Program-made: the position numbers and the translations under genes
The notes under the pieces: model-generated
What the model was told of the DNA's origin: nothing
The model's database searches: none
The model's input: only the letters and a program-made list of their open reading frames with translations
Shown here: positions 36,940 through 48,641 of the stretch, one piece after another
Numbering within the stretch: position 1 is the stretch's first letter
Layout of the letters: every line of letters begins with the position of its first letter
From: a virus
Length of the DNA stretch: 64,000 bases
Strand: one strand, 5' to 3'
Virus record (IMG/VR): IMGVR_UViG_3300030098_004824
Coordinates: 1 to 64,000 of that record

Positions 36940-39900
36940 ATGTCTCAGCAAACAAATCTTAACGTCGCACCCTATTTTGATGACTTTGACGCTGCGAAGG
37001 ATTATCATAGAGTTTTATTTAAACCTGGATACCCAGTACAGGCTAGAGAATTAACTGGTTTACAATCAGTTCTACAGAACCAGATTGAAAAATTTGGTCA
37101 ACACTTTTTTAAAGAAGGTGCTAAAGTAATACCAGGAAATACAGGATACACTCAACGTTATAAATGTGTTCAGGTAAATAATAATTATCTAGGAGTTCCA
37201 GTTGAAGCTTATGCTGATCAATTAGTAGGAACAAAGATAACTGGAGAACGTTCTGGTGTTACTGCGTTTGTTGATAAAATATTACTTCCAGAAGATTCTG
37301 AAAGAGGTAATTTAACACTTTATATAAACTATTTAAATTCAAGTACTACAAATAATTCTACTGAAGTATTTTTTGATGGTGAAAATTTAACATCCAATTC
37401 AACAATAACATCTGGTCTTCTTGGTAATACAACAATTGCTCCTGGTACACCATTTGCAACAACATTATCTACTGATGCATCTGCTACTGGATCTGCATTT
37501 CAGATTCAAGATGGTGTTTATTTTATTAGGGGTAATTTTGTAAATGTAAATCAAGAAACTCTTATTCTTGATCAATATGGAATAAAACCAAATTATAGAG
37601 TTGGATTGTATGTTGATGAGGAAATAATTAATGCTGATATAGACGAAAATTTAAATGATAATTCTCAAGGTTTTAATAATTATTCAGCACCAGGTGCTGA
37701 TAGGCTTAAAATATCTGTTAGATTATTTAAAAAAGCAACAAATGATTTTGATGATGATAGTTTTGTTGAACTTGCTACTATTATTAATGGGCAAATAAAA
37801 ACTCAGGTTAAAAAGGGTGTTGGTGGTGGAGGAGTAGGAAAAGAAGATATTAATGATACACTTGCAAGAAGAACTTATGCAGAATCTGGTGATTATTATG
37901 TTAGACCATTTGATCTTACTGTATTAGATTCTTTAAATAATGGTATTGGTAATAGAGGTATTTTTGAGGAAGGTCAATTTACATATGGTGGAGCAACAGC
38001 ATCTGATGATTTAGCACTTTATAAGTTTTCTCCAGGTAAAGCATTTGTTCGTGGTTATGAACTAGAAGTAGATAATCCAGTATTTTTAGATGTTAAAAAA
38101 CCAAGAACAACTAAAACTGTTAAAGATCAATCTATAATATACAATACAGGTCCAACTTTAAAAGTAAATAGATCTCTTAGAAATCCAGATGTTGGTATCG
38201 GTAACACTTATGTTTTAAGTCTTAGAGATCAAAGAGTAGGACTTAGCTCAGATACTACGGCTGTTGGTAGTGAAATTGGAGTAGCAAGAGTTTATGATTA
38301 TAGATTAGAATCTGGTTCTTATAGTTCTAATTCTTCATTAAATGAGTGGAATTTAGCTTTATATGATGTTCAAACTTATACTTCTATTACAGTAAATCAG
38401 GCAGTTACTCTTACAGTACCAACTTTTGTTAAAGGTGCTAATAGTGGTGCCACTGGGTTTATAAAAACTGCGGTTAGTAGTAGTGCCTCAATAACATTAT
38501 ATGAAACAACTGGAGAGTTTATTAAGAATGAAGCATTGATAATTGATGGTATTCCTGATGGTAGAATAATTACAGCAATAACAAAATATACATTATCTGA
38601 TGTTAAGTCTGTTTTTGGATCAAATAATAGACTTACTGGTGGTGATAAATTTAATGCTGATGTAGTTCAATCAGAAAGTCTTTTTATTGGGGCTGCAAGA
38701 ATAGGACAACAGAGTAGTAATTCAAGTACAGTAACAAGTGCAAATCCATTATTTCCTGGAGATATAAAGGTTGGTAACTTAGTTCAATATAGTGATTTAG
38801 AAACCAGTAGTGATCCTGTAATGGGGAGAGTAACTGCTGTTACAAGTTCTAATATCACTATTGCTGGAGTAACAACTGTTCCTGGAATTGTTAATGGTAA
38901 AATGCCAATTGCTAGTGTTGGGCATACTAATGGATATAATGCATCTGATTTTGCCGTAGTTTCTACTAAGTTAACTGGTTCTTCAGATAATACACTATAC
39001 ACACATTTACCAAATACTTCTATTTCTAATGTTGATTTAACTGATGCTACATTAACTATTAGAAAAACTTTTACAGTTGATATAACAAATGGGCAAATTG
39101 ATGCTTCTACTATTCCAACTGCAGGAACAAATGAAACATTTTTAGCATTTGATGAAGAAAGATATGCATTAATAAGATCTGATGGAACAACTGAGCCATT
39201 AGATGCCTCTTGGTTCTCATTTGGTGGTGGTGGATCTACTTGCCAAATTTATGGACTTGGTGGAAATGACACTGATGCAACTCTTATTGCTACTTTAAGA
39301 AAAGGTAAGCCTAAAGCAAAAATAAAAATAAAAAATAGAGTAAATTCAATAACAGTTAATTTATCAAAATATTCTGGATCTGGTATTGGAGCTACTACTT
39401 TAAATGATGGATTAACTTATGGAAATTATCCATTTGGAACTAGGGTGCAAGATGAAATTATATCTTTGAATGTTCCTGATATAATTGAAATACACGGTGT
39501 TTTTGAATCAGAAAATGTAAGTGATCCTACTGCACCAGCAATGAATATTACTTCTATAAGTAATTTTACTGGAACAAGTTCTGATCTATTAGTTGGTGAA
39601 GTAATAAAGGGTGTTAAAACGGGTGCAATAGCTATTGTTGCCGAAAAATTAACATCTACAAAGATTACTTTCTTATATAAGAATGATATAAGATTTAAAG
39701 AAGGTGAAAGAATTACTTTTGCAGAATCAAATACTACAGCAACTATTTCTACTCTTGAATCAGATAGTTTTGATATATCTGCAAACTTTACTTATGAGAA
39801 TGGTCAAGAACCAACTTTTTATGATTATGGTAGAATAAAGAGAAAAGTATCTGCTGAAGAACCTTCTAAAAAATTAAAAATATATTTTAAGAGTGCATAT

Positions 39901-42900
39901 TATGATTCTACTGATACTGGAGATGTTACTACAGTAAATTCTTACGAAGATTTTAATCCTTCTACTGAAATTCCTGGTATTGGTGGATTCCGTGCAACTG
40001 ATATAATTGATATTAGACCAAGAACTTCTGCTTATACAGTTGCAGCAGATGCAAGATCTCCTCTTGAATTTGATGGAAGAACATTTAATGCAAATGGCAA
40101 TTCTTCTGCAAATATGTTGGCATCTGATGAATCAATATTTGCTCATTACGCATATTATCAAGGTAGGAAGGATAGAGTTTATTTAACAAAAGATGGTAAA
40201 TTCCAAGTTAAATATGGAGATCCATCTGATAGTCCAAATCTTCCAAATCCAGTTGATGATGCTTTAGAAATAGCACAAATTGCATTACCACCATATCTTT
40301 ATAGTATTGATCAAGCTTCTGTTAAATTCATGGAGCATAAGAGATTTAGAATGGTTGATATTAAAGGTCTTGAGAATAGAATAAGAAGTCTTGAATATTA
40401 CACATCTTTATCTTTACTAGAAACAAATACTGCTAATTTATTTGTTTCAGATGCTGGTGGATTGAATAGATTCAAATCAGGATTTTTTGTTGATAATTTT
40501 AGTGGATTTAAACCACAAGATGATAAAATCAAAATTAACAATAGTATTGATAGAAAGTATAATGAACTTAGACCTAGACATTATACAAATGCAGTTGATT
40601 TGGTATTTGGACCAGTTATAAATGTAGATCCAACTGCTGATTTAGCATTTTCTGCCATTGAAGGTAATAATATAAGAAAAGCAAGTGATATTATTACATT
40701 AGATTATAGTGAGGTGGAATATATTAAACAAAGTTTTGCAACAACATCAGAAAGTGTAACACCTTTCTTAATTAGTTTTTGGCAAGGAACTCTTGAATTA
40801 ACACCTGCTACAGATACTTGGATAGACACTGTTAGATTGGATCCAAAAATTATTCAAACTGAAGGTGATTATGCTGCTACAATGAAAACTTTAGCAGAGA
40901 CTGAAGGTGTAGATCCACAAACTGGAATGGGTCCAACAATATGGAATCCTTGGGAAACTACTTGGACAGGTGTAAGTGAAATTGAAAGTCTTGGTAATAT
41001 GCAAGAAACCACTAGTGATGGTCCTGAATGGGATGTTGGTGGTTGGCCAAATGGTGACCCTTCAACTAACCCTGCTCAAATATTCTTTACAAGAACAACA
41101 ACGGTAACGCAAGATCTTTATAGAGAAACTGTGAGAGAAGGTGTGGCAAATAGAAGTGGTACTAGAACTATCGTAACTGAGTCATATGATAAACAAAGTC
41201 TTGGTGATAAGATTGTAAGTAGAGATTTAGTTCCTTATATGAGATCAAGGAATGTTGAATTTGTTAGTGAAAGAGTTAAACCTCTTACAAGATTATATGC
41301 TTTCTTTGATGGTGTTAATGTAAGCAAGTATTGTGTTCCAAAATTAATAGAAATTGAAATGGTTTCTGGTTCATTCCAAGTTGGAGAAACTGTTAAAGGA
41401 GTCTCTCTTGCGAGTGGTGTTGGTGATGTACAGATACCTGGAATGTCACCACAAATTACATTCAGAGCTGCTCAAGCAAATCATAAAAAAGGTACTTACA
41501 ATGCCCCATCAAAGACCTTTACTGATAATCCATACAATAATAAACCACTATCTTCAGCATATTCATCAACTTCAACGATATTAAATGTTGATACCTATTC
41601 TTTGGGTGACCAGGCTAGTGGTCAATATTGGGGATGGGTAGAAGAAGGAATGGTTCTTACTGGACAAACTTCTGGTGCTGAAGCAAAAATTACTAGTGTA
41701 AAACTTGTATCCGATTTATCAGCAGTTTGTATTGGTAGTTTCTTTATTCCAAATCCAAATAATGTAAATCATCCAAGATTTGAAACGGGAAGTAAAGTAT
41801 TCACTCTTACTGATGAGTCAACAAATGATCCTGATGAAGCATCAACTCTTGCAGATGAATCATTTACTGCTGCTGGTACATTAGAGACTGTACAGGAAGA
41901 AATTTTATCAATAAGAAATGCAAGAGTTGAACAAAAACAAGAATTCCAAGAAAAACATGTTAATGAATCTCTAGGAACTCAAGTTGTTGGTACTCAAGTT
42001 GTTAGTCAATCTGAAGAGGATATTTATGTTGGATGGTATGATCCTCTTGCACAATCATTCTTAGTTGAAGAGGGTACTGGAGTATTTGTTACTAAATGTG
42101 ATGTATTCTTTAAAACAAAAGATGATATGGACATACCTGTGGTATTCCAGATTAGAACTATGCAAAATGGATTACCCACACAACATATTTTACCATTCTC
42201 AGAAATTGTAGTAGATCCATCTGATGTTAATGTTTCTGGTGATGGATCAGTTGCTACAACAATTGAGTTTAAAGCACCGATTTATCTTGAGGGTAAAGGT
42301 ACTGAATATGCTATTGCTTTGGCATCTAACTCAACAAAATATAGTGTTTTTATATCAAGAATAGGTGAAACTGATCTTATTCAAGATACGTTTATTTCTA
42401 ACCAACCATATTTGGGTTCTTTATTCAAGTCCCAAAATGCTTCTACTTGGGAACCAAGTCAATGGGAAGATCTTAAGTTCACATTGTATAGAGCAGATTT
42501 CATAGGATCTGGTAGTGTTGAATTGTACAGTCCTGAATTGAAAGAAGGTAATGGACAAATTCCAACATTAATGCCAGATTCCTTAATCTTAAAATCAAGA
42601 AAGATTAGAGTTGGTTTAGGAACAACTTTATGGGGTGATCAAGTAGGTAAAGGATATGAAAATGGTAATACTTTTACTCAAGATGGTACAAATGCTACAG
42701 GTAGTTTAGTTGGAACTGCTGGAACTGCTTCTGCAGAATTGGCAATAGCTAATGCTGGTATTGGATATACTCCTTTAAGTGGTAGTGCTATTTTCTATGA
42801 TGTAGATTTAGTAACTCTTAGTGGTCAAGGTAGTGGTGCAAAAGCAAATGTTAAGGTTACTAATGGAGTTGCTGTTGCTGCTACTGTAAGTAACGCTGGT

Positions 42901-44562
42901 GGTCGTGGATATGTTGTTGGTGATGTTGTTGGTATAACAACGATTGGAACTGGTGATGGTGGTTCTAAGGGAACTCAAGTAGCAGGAGTAGGTCGAGATG
43001 CAAGATTTACTGTTCAAGGAATTGGTGCAACAAGTGAACTAATTTTCGAGAAAGTTCAAGGTGAATGGAGAACTAATTCAACATCCAATTCTATTTTCTT
43101 TACTACAAGTGCTGGTATAACAACTGAATTGAATTTTGGTACTACTACTGGTGGAGATGGTGGTGATGTTCAAACAACTACTATAACTGAAGAAACTAAT
43201 GGCACCCATATTCAGGTGAACCATAAGAATCATGGAATGTACTTTACAGATAACTTGGTTAAGATTTCTGGAGTTATGCCAGATGCCAAACCAACAAAAT
43301 TAACTGCTGCATATGATTCTGGATCAACAGCAAGTATATCTGTCGCATCTGCTTCCACATTTACAACATTTGAGGGTGTAGGTATTGGTACAACAAATAC
43401 AGGTTATCTTCAGATTGGTGATGAAATCATTCGATATAATACTGTTAGTGGAAATACTATTGGCGGTTCTTTACTTGAAAGAGGATCTAATCCAGTAAGT
43501 TATCCTGTTGGTACTCCAGTTTATAAGTATGAACTTGGTGGAATTAACTTGATGAGAATTAATAAAACTCATAATATATCAACCTCCACTTCTTCTTCTG
43601 ATACTGGATCAATTACATTTGATTCATATAATATTAAATTAGATATGTCAGAGAAGTTCTATGCTAATAATGATGATAGAAGTTTAGATACTGGACTTGG
43701 AAAACTTTATATTAATCAATCAAAATCTTCTGGTGGATATGGTATTAAAGCAACACAAAATATGCCTTATGAAATAGTTACTCCTATTATTCATAATTTA
43801 ACTGTTGCAGGAACAACTCTTAATGCTGAAATGAGGACTATTACGAGTAAGAGTCTAAGTGGTACTGAACTACCATATATTGATAATGGTTTTGAAACAG
43901 TAGTTCCAAACCAATCAAATTATCTTAATACTACAAGAATGATTGCATCTAAAGTTAATGAAGATGCTAAATTAGGACAAATTCCTGGTAATAAGTCATT
44001 TAATATGAGACTCTTATTAAATACAGTAGATTCTCATGTATCTCCAGTTATTGATGGTCAAAGAACATCTATTATTTGCACATCAAATAGAGTAAATAGT
44101 ATTATTACAGATTATGCAACTGATGAAAGAGTTGCTTCAATTGTTGAAGATCCTACTGCATGTCAGTATATTACTAAAGAAATACAATTAGAAAATCCAG
44201 CAACTTCATTAAAACTTCTTGTAAGTGCTCATATTAATACAAATTCTGATATGAGAGCATTTTATGCAATTAGTAATAATGAGGGATTTGAACCAATATT
44301 TGTTCCATTCCCTGGATATGATAATTTAAATTCTAGAGGATTAGTAATTTCTGATGAAAAGAGTGATGGAAAACCAGATGCTTTTATTAAGAAAACAAAT
44401 AGTTATGGATTTAGTTCTAAAAATCTTGAGTATAATGAATATACATTTACTGCAGATAAGTTACCTGCATTTAGATCATATAGAATTAAATTTGTCTTGA
44501 CTTCTACTAATCAAGTATTTGTTCCAAGAGTTAAAGAATTACGAGTAATTGCACTTGCTTGA
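36940..44562 (+). CDS. Large VrlC/DUF4815-like virion structural protein (2540 aa)
   Basis: TNLNVAPYFDDFD, PVQARELT, DPLAQSF, GSLFKSQN, LRVIALA. Confidence 0.8.
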   Translation: MSQQTNLNVAPYFDDFDAAKDYHRVLFKPGYPVQARELTGLQSVLQNQIEKFGQHFFKEGAKVIPGNTGYTQRYKCVQVNNNYLGVPVEAYADQLVGTKITGERSGVTAFVDKILLPEDSERGNLTLYINYLNSSTTNNSTEVFFDGENLTSNSTITSGLLGNTTIAPGTPFATTLSTDASATGSAFQIQDGVYFIRGNFVNVNQETLILDQYGIKPNYRVGLYVDEEIINADIDENLNDNSQGFNNYSAPGADRLKISVRLFKKATNDFDDDSFVELATIINGQIKTQVKKGVGGGGVGKEDINDTLARRTYAESGDYYVRPFDLTVLDSLNNGIGNRGIFEEGQFTYGGATASDDLALYKFSPGKAFVRGYELEVDNPVFLDVKKPRTTKTVKDQSIIYNTGPTLKVNRSLRNPDVGIGNTYVLSLRDQRVGLSSDTTAVGSEIGVARVYDYRLESGSYSSNSSLNEWNLALYDVQTYTSITVNQAVTLTVPTFVKGANSGATGFIKTAVSSSASITLYETTGEFIKNEALIIDGIPDGRIITAITKYTLSDVKSVFGSNNRLTGGDKFNADVVQSESLFIGAARIGQQSSNSSTVTSANPLFPGDIKVGNLVQYSDLETSSDPVMGRVTAVTSSNITIAGVTTVPGIVNGKMPIASVGHTNGYNASDFAVVSTKLTGSSDNTLYTHLPNTSISNVDLTDATLTIRKTFTVDITNGQIDASTIPTAGTNETFLAFDEERYALIRSDGTTEPLDASWFSFGGGGSTCQIYGLGGNDTDATLIATLRKGKPKAKIKIKNRVNSITVNLSKYSGSGIGATTLNDGLTYGNYPFGTRVQDEIISLNVPDIIEIHGVFESENVSDPTAPAMNITSISNFTGTSSDLLVGEVIKGVKTGAIAIVAEKLTSTKITFLYKNDIRFKEGERITFAESNTTATISTLESDSFDISANFTYENGQEPTFYDYGRIKRKVSAEEPSKKLKIYFKSAYYDSTDTGDVTTVNSYEDFNPSTEIPGIGGFRATDIIDIRPRTSAYTVAADARSPLEFDGRTFNANGNSSANMLASDESIFAHYAYYQGRKDRVYLTKDGKFQVKYGDPSDSPNLPNPVDDALEIAQIALPPYLYSIDQASVKFMEHKRFRMVDIKGLENRIRSLEYYTSLSLLETNTANLFVSDAGGLNRFKSGFFVDNFSGFKPQDDKIKINNSIDRKYNELRPRHYTNAVDLVFGPVINVDPTADLAFSAIEGNNIRKASDIITLDYSEVEYIKQSFATTSESVTPFLISFWQGTLELTPATDTWIDTVRLDPKIIQTEGDYAATMKTLAETEGVDPQTGMGPTIWNPWETTWTGVSEIESLGNMQETTSDGPEWDVGGWPNGDPSTNPAQIFFTRTTTVTQDLYRETVREGVANRSGTRTIVTESYDKQSLGDKIVSRDLVPYMRSRNVEFVSERVKPLTRLYAFFDGVNVSKYCVPKLIEIEMVSGSFQVGETVKGVSLASGVGDVQIPGMSPQITFRAAQANHKKGTYNAPSKTFTDNPYNNKPLSSAYSSTSTILNVDTYSLGDQASGQYWGWVEEGMVLTGQTSGAEAKITSVKLVSDLSAVCIGSFFIPNPNNVNHPRFETGSKVFTLTDESTNDPDEASTLADESFTAAGTLETVQEEILSIRNARVEQKQEFQEKHVNESLGTQVVGTQVVSQSEEDIYVGWYDPLAQSFLVEEGTGVFVTKCDVFFKTKDDMDIPVVFQIRTMQNGLPTQHILPFSEIVVDPSDVNVSGDGSVATTIEFKAPIYLEGKGTEYAIALASNSTKYSVFISRIGETDLIQDTFISNQPYLGSLFKSQNASTWEPSQWEDLKFTLYRADFIGSGSVELYSPELKEGNGQIPTLMPDSLILKSRKIRVGLGTTLWGDQVGKGYENGNTFTQDGTNATGSLVGTAGTASAELAIANAGIGYTPLSGSAIFYDVDLVTLSGQGSGAKANVKVTNGVAVAATVSNAGGRGYVVGDVVGITTIGTGDGGSKGTQVAGVGRDARFTVQGIGATSELIFEKVQGEWRTNSTSNSIFFTTSAGITTELNFGTTTGGDGGDVQTTTITEETNGTHIQVNHKNHGMYFTDNLVKISGVMPDAKPTKLTAAYDSGSTASISVASASTFTTFEGVGIGTTNTGYLQIGDEIIRYNTVSGNTIGGSLLERGSNPVSYPVGTPVYKYELGGINLMRINKTHNISTSTSSSDTGSITFDSYNIKLDMSEKFYANNDDRSLDTGLGKLYINQSKSSGGYGIKATQNMPYEIVTPIIHNLTVAGTTLNAEMRTITSKSLSGTELPYIDNGFETVVPNQSNYLNTTRMIASKVNEDAKLGQIPGNKSFNMRLLLNTVDSHVSPVIDGQRTSIICTSNRVNSIITDYATDERVASIVEDPTACQYITKEIQLENPATSLKLLVSAHINTNSDMRAFYAISNNEGFEPIFVPFPGYDNLNSRGLVISDEKSDGKPDAFIKKTNSYGFSSKNLEYNEYTFTADKLPAFRSYRIKFVLTSTNQVFVPRVKELRVIALA

Positions 44563-44563
44563 T

Positions 44564-44782
44564 ATGTATAAACTTGAAGGACATTCTGATCTTGCAAGAG
44601 ATCCTAAAACAAATTCAATAATTAATGTTAACTCAACTGACTATCAGCAATATATTGCTCGACGTTCAGTTAAGGATGATGAAATTGAAAAATCACAGAA
44701 TGTTGAACAAGAACTTTCTGATTTAAAATGTGAAATTAATGAAATCAAATCTCTTCTCAAGGAGTTAGTAAATGGCAACTAA
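44564..44782 (+). CDS. Small coiled-coil protein
   Basis: GHSDLARDPKTNSIIN; EINEIKSLLKEL. Confidence 0.7.
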   Translation: MYKLEGHSDLARDPKTNSIINVNSTDYQQYIARRSVKDDEIEKSQNVEQELSDLKCEINEIKSLLKELVNGN

Positions 44783-45158
44783 AACAGTAACATTTGATCC
44801 TGATTCAGGAGTTCCTTTTGGAGTGAATCTGGTAGTTTATGGTGGTTCCAATGCGGTCAACAATTTGGAAGTAAAAACTACATCAGGTAGTAATTTTGAT
44901 TTAACTGATTATACTGGTCATTCTGCTATTTCAAAAAGTGTTGGTGTTGGTGCAAGTAATTATCAAAATGCAATTTTTACCGTTGGATTTACCAGTGCAT
45001 ATGATGGAAAGATAAAATTATCTTTAGGTGCAACAGCAACAGCAGCATTAGATCAAGGTAGATATATGTTTGATGTTAATGTTGATTCTGGATCTACAGT
45101 ATTCAAACTTGTTAGTGGGAATGTGTATGTCTATTCAGGCATATCTTCCATACCATAA
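44772..45158 (+). CDS. Hypothetical structural protein
   Basis: FDLTDYT...GRYMFDV; precedes gp13. Confidence 0.65.
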   Translation: MATKTVTFDPDSGVPFGVNLVVYGGSNAVNNLEVKTTSGSNFDLTDYTGHSAISKSVGVGASNYQNAIFTVGFTSAYDGKIKLSLGATATAALDQGRYMFDVNVDSGSTVFKLVSGNVYVYSGISSIP

Positions 45159-45183
45159 ATATTTTAGGGAGAATATATCTTAA

Positions 45184-46041
45184 ATGGCAAAACCAGCAAG
45201 TAGAACAGAATTAAAACAATATTGTTTAAGGCAGCTGGGTGCTCCTGTCTTAGAGATCAACGTTGCCGATGAGCAAATTGATGATCTAATAGATGATGCT
45301 CTTCAATACTTTCAAGAGAGACATTTTGATGGTGTCGAAAAAATGTATTTGAAGCATAAAATAACAGAAGATGAACTTAATAGAGGGCAAGCATCTAATG
45401 AAGCTGATAGTACTAATACTGTTGGTATAGTAACCACTACTGCTACTTCTACAAGTATAAGTGGTTATGGAACTACCACTACTAATTGGTATGAAACTTC
45501 AAACTTTTTACAAGTTCCTGATTCTGTAATTGGTATAGAAAAAGTCTTTAAGTTTGACAGTAGTACTATATCAACTGGAATGTTTAGCATTAAATATCAG
45601 CTCTTTTTGAACGACTTATATCAATTCAATTCACTTGATCTACTTCAGTATGCAATGACAAAGACTTATCTGGAAGATATTGATCGTCTATTAACTACAG
45701 ATAAACAAATAAGATTTAATCAAAGACAAGATAGATTATATTTAGATATTGATTGGGATGCAGAAGAAAAAGATAATTGGTTGGTTATTGAATGTTTTAG
45801 GATTTTGGATCCTAATACTTATACTGGTGTTTATAACGATTCATTCTTAAAGAGATATTTAACTGCTCTTATTAAAAGACAGTGGGGTCAAAACTTAATG
45901 AAATTTGTTGGAGTTAAATTGCCTGGTGGAATTGAATTAAACGGTAGACAAATGTATGATGATGCTGTAATTGAACTTGATAAGATTCAAGAAATTATGT
46001 CTAATACTTATGAAGTTCCTCCTCTTGATATGATAGGATAA
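45184..46041 (+). CDS. gp13: Neck protein gp13
   Basis: LRQLGAPVLEINV, QWGQNL, LPGGIELNG. Confidence 0.92.
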   Translation: MAKPASRTELKQYCLRQLGAPVLEINVADEQIDDLIDDALQYFQERHFDGVEKMYLKHKITEDELNRGQASNEADSTNTVGIVTTTATSTSISGYGTTTTNWYETSNFLQVPDSVIGIEKVFKFDSSTISTGMFSIKYQLFLNDLYQFNSLDLLQYAMTKTYLEDIDRLLTTDKQIRFNQRQDRLYLDIDWDAEEKDNWLVIECFRILDPNTYTGVYNDSFLKRYLTALIKRQWGQNLMKFVGVKLPGGIELNGRQMYDDAVIELDKIQEIMSNTYEVPPLDMIG

Positions 46042-46045
46042 TGTT

Positions 46046-48616
46046 ATGGTACTTAATCCTTATTTCACCCAAGGCACTAATTCAGAACAGAATTTAGTTC
46101 AGGATTTAATCAACGAACAATTAAGAACATATGGTATAGAAATATATTATATACCAAGAAAGTATGTTGGTGAAAAAACTGTTATAAGAGAAGTTGTTAA
46201 ATCTAAATTTGATGTAGCTGTTCCACTCGAAGCATATGTGGACAACTATGATGAGTATTCTGGTGCTGGTAATTTATTAAGTAAGTTTGGAATCCAATCT
46301 CAAGATGAGGTTAGATTAGTTATTTCAAGAGAAAGATTTGAAAATTATATAACACCCCTAATAGAAGATCAGGCAAATATTAAACTCTCTACAAGACCCA
46401 AGACTGGAGACTTGATATGGTTTCCACTTGATGATCGTCTTTATGAAATAAAAGATATTGAGTATGCAAAACCATATTATCAGTTACAAGATTTATATAC
46501 ATATGAACTTCAATGTGAACTTTACAGACTTGGTGATGAGGTTATTGATACTGGTATTGATGATATTGATGATAACTTAGTTGGTGATGATTTAGATGGA
46601 GATACTGATGATGGTATTGGAACCATTCAGGGTGTTGTTCAGACATTTATTGTTGTTGGTACTGGAGCAACAGCATCTGCTATTACAGGATTAGTTGATG
46701 GTGGTATTAAAGCCATTACTATGGGTGATAGAGGTGGTGGATATGATGGAAATCCAACAGTTGCTATTAGTTCTGCACCTTCTGGTGGGGTAACGGGTAT
46801 TGCTACTCCTATAATGATTGGTGGTATTAACGTATGTAATTTAAATGCTAATCCACGATTAAAATCTGTTCAAGCAGCATATATTTCAAATGCAGGTTCT
46901 GGATATACTGTTGCACCGAAAATTAAGTTTATATCAAATACAGGCACAGGTGCAACAGCAACCGTAGGAATATCTACAACAGGTGGTGTTGGTATTGTGA
47001 CTGTTTCTTCTGGTGGTAATGGATATACTTCATCACCAACAGTAACATTCTCAACTCCGAAACATGTAGGTGCTGCTGCTACTGCAACAATAGAAAATCC
47101 AGTTGTTGGGGGTGGTGTTAGTGTTGTATCTGCAACTATAAGTGTTGGTTTATCGACATATCTATTCCCAGGAGGCACTACAGGTGGTGTATTCTATAAG
47201 GTAGTACCAACAGTAACCTTTGCATTACCTACAGGTACCGCAAATGCTGCTACAGCAACGGCAACGCTTGATGATAGAGCAGTAACAGGTGGAACAGTAT
47301 TAAGTGTCGGAATTACATCTGGTGGTAAATTCTACACAAGTGCTCCAACAGTAACATTTTCTGCTCCTGTTAATTCAGGTGCAACTGCGACTATTGGAAT
47401 TGCTGGATCTTCAATTAATCCATCATCAATAGCATTTAGTACAACAGGTAGAGCATATACGACTGCTCCAACAGTTGCTATAACAACAACATCTGGTCAA
47501 GATGCACCAACACAAGCTGCTGTAGGTATTGCAACTATTGACTCAATAACGGGTATTGTAACAGCAGTTGGATTTAATACGCAGACCGATTCTTGGGCTA
47601 CTGGTACTGCAGCAACTATTGGTTTAGGATATACTGCTGCACCTACAATCACATTCTCTGGTGCTACTGCACAAGTAAGAGCAACTGGAACTGCAACAAT
47701 TTCTGCTGCTGGTACAGTTACAGCAATTTCTATAGGAAATAGTGGATATGGTTATCTTGATACACCAACAATTAGTATAGAATCTGCTGGAGGTGCTGAT
47801 GAAGCATTTAGGGCATTAGGTGTTGCAACAATGAGGGTCACTTCTGAGAAGCAAGATGGTATTGTAGGAGTTGGATCCACTTACATTGTTGGAATAACTA
47901 CAACAAATATTATAGTTGGAGATAGAGTAAGATTATCTACAGGTAGTAGTGATACATGGAACTTTATTCCAGCAGATACTTACGTATCACAAATTGGATA
48001 TAGCACTGTATACATGTCTGCTGCTGCATCTAATGTTAGTGTTGCTTCTTCTAACTTCGAATTTGGTCGTCCTGATTGTGGTATTGTTACTGGTATTGCA
48101 GTTACATTTGGAGGAGGTGGATACTTATCACCACCAACAGTATCAATATCAAATACAGAAGGTGATAAGAATTATGTTGAACTTATTGCTGGTATAACTA
48201 CTGCTACAGGTATATCAACAATGAGTTCTGGTGGTGTAGTTACAAATATTGATATGACTGATACTGGTTATGGATATGTTCTAACACCAACAGTTACTTT
48301 ATCTGATCCAGATCTTGATTCAACAGGAGATTATAAGTTTAATGAGCAAGTCACAGGACAAACTTCTGGTGCAACAGGAAGAGTTAGAACTTGGAGTTCA
48401 TCGTCAAATCAATTAGAAATTGCAAGTGTTGTAGGAACATTCTTAATTGGAGAAGATGTTAAAGGTGATGAATCAGGTGCTATTCATGCATTAAGAACAA
48501 AAGATGATATGCCTGATGCTGAAGATGCTGAAGGATTTGCTGCAAATAAAGAGATTGAGGATGCTGCTGATAGTATTTTAGACTTCAGTGAACAGAATCC
48601 ATTCGGTATTCCCTAA
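46046..48616 (+). CDS. gp14: Neck protein gp14 with large repetitive insertion
   Basis: LNPYF, EQNLVQDL, GDLIWFP; C-terminal DFSEQNPFG. Confidence 0.88.
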   Translation: MVLNPYFTQGTNSEQNLVQDLINEQLRTYGIEIYYIPRKYVGEKTVIREVVKSKFDVAVPLEAYVDNYDEYSGAGNLLSKFGIQSQDEVRLVISRERFENYITPLIEDQANIKLSTRPKTGDLIWFPLDDRLYEIKDIEYAKPYYQLQDLYTYELQCELYRLGDEVIDTGIDDIDDNLVGDDLDGDTDDGIGTIQGVVQTFIVVGTGATASAITGLVDGGIKAITMGDRGGGYDGNPTVAISSAPSGGVTGIATPIMIGGINVCNLNANPRLKSVQAAYISNAGSGYTVAPKIKFISNTGTGATATVGISTTGGVGIVTVSSGGNGYTSSPTVTFSTPKHVGAAATATIENPVVGGGVSVVSATISVGLSTYLFPGGTTGGVFYKVVPTVTFALPTGTANAATATATLDDRAVTGGTVLSVGITSGGKFYTSAPTVTFSAPVNSGATATIGIAGSSINPSSIAFSTTGRAYTTAPTVAITTTSGQDAPTQAAVGIATIDSITGIVTAVGFNTQTDSWATGTAATIGLGYTAAPTITFSGATAQVRATGTATISAAGTVTAISIGNSGYGYLDTPTISIESAGGADEAFRALGVATMRVTSEKQDGIVGVGSTYIVGITTTNIIVGDRVRLSTGSSDTWNFIPADTYVSQIGYSTVYMSAAASNVSVASSNFEFGRPDCGIVTGIAVTFGGGGYLSPPTVSISNTEGDKNYVELIAGITTATGISTMSSGGVVTNIDMTDTGYGYVLTPTVTLSDPDLDSTGDYKFNEQVTGQTSGATGRVRTWSSSSNQLEIASVVGTFLIGEDVKGDESGAIHALRTKDDMPDAEDAEGFAANKEIEDAADSILDFSEQNPFGIP

Positions 48617-48641
48617 ATAGTAGTTAACCTTATAAAATAAA

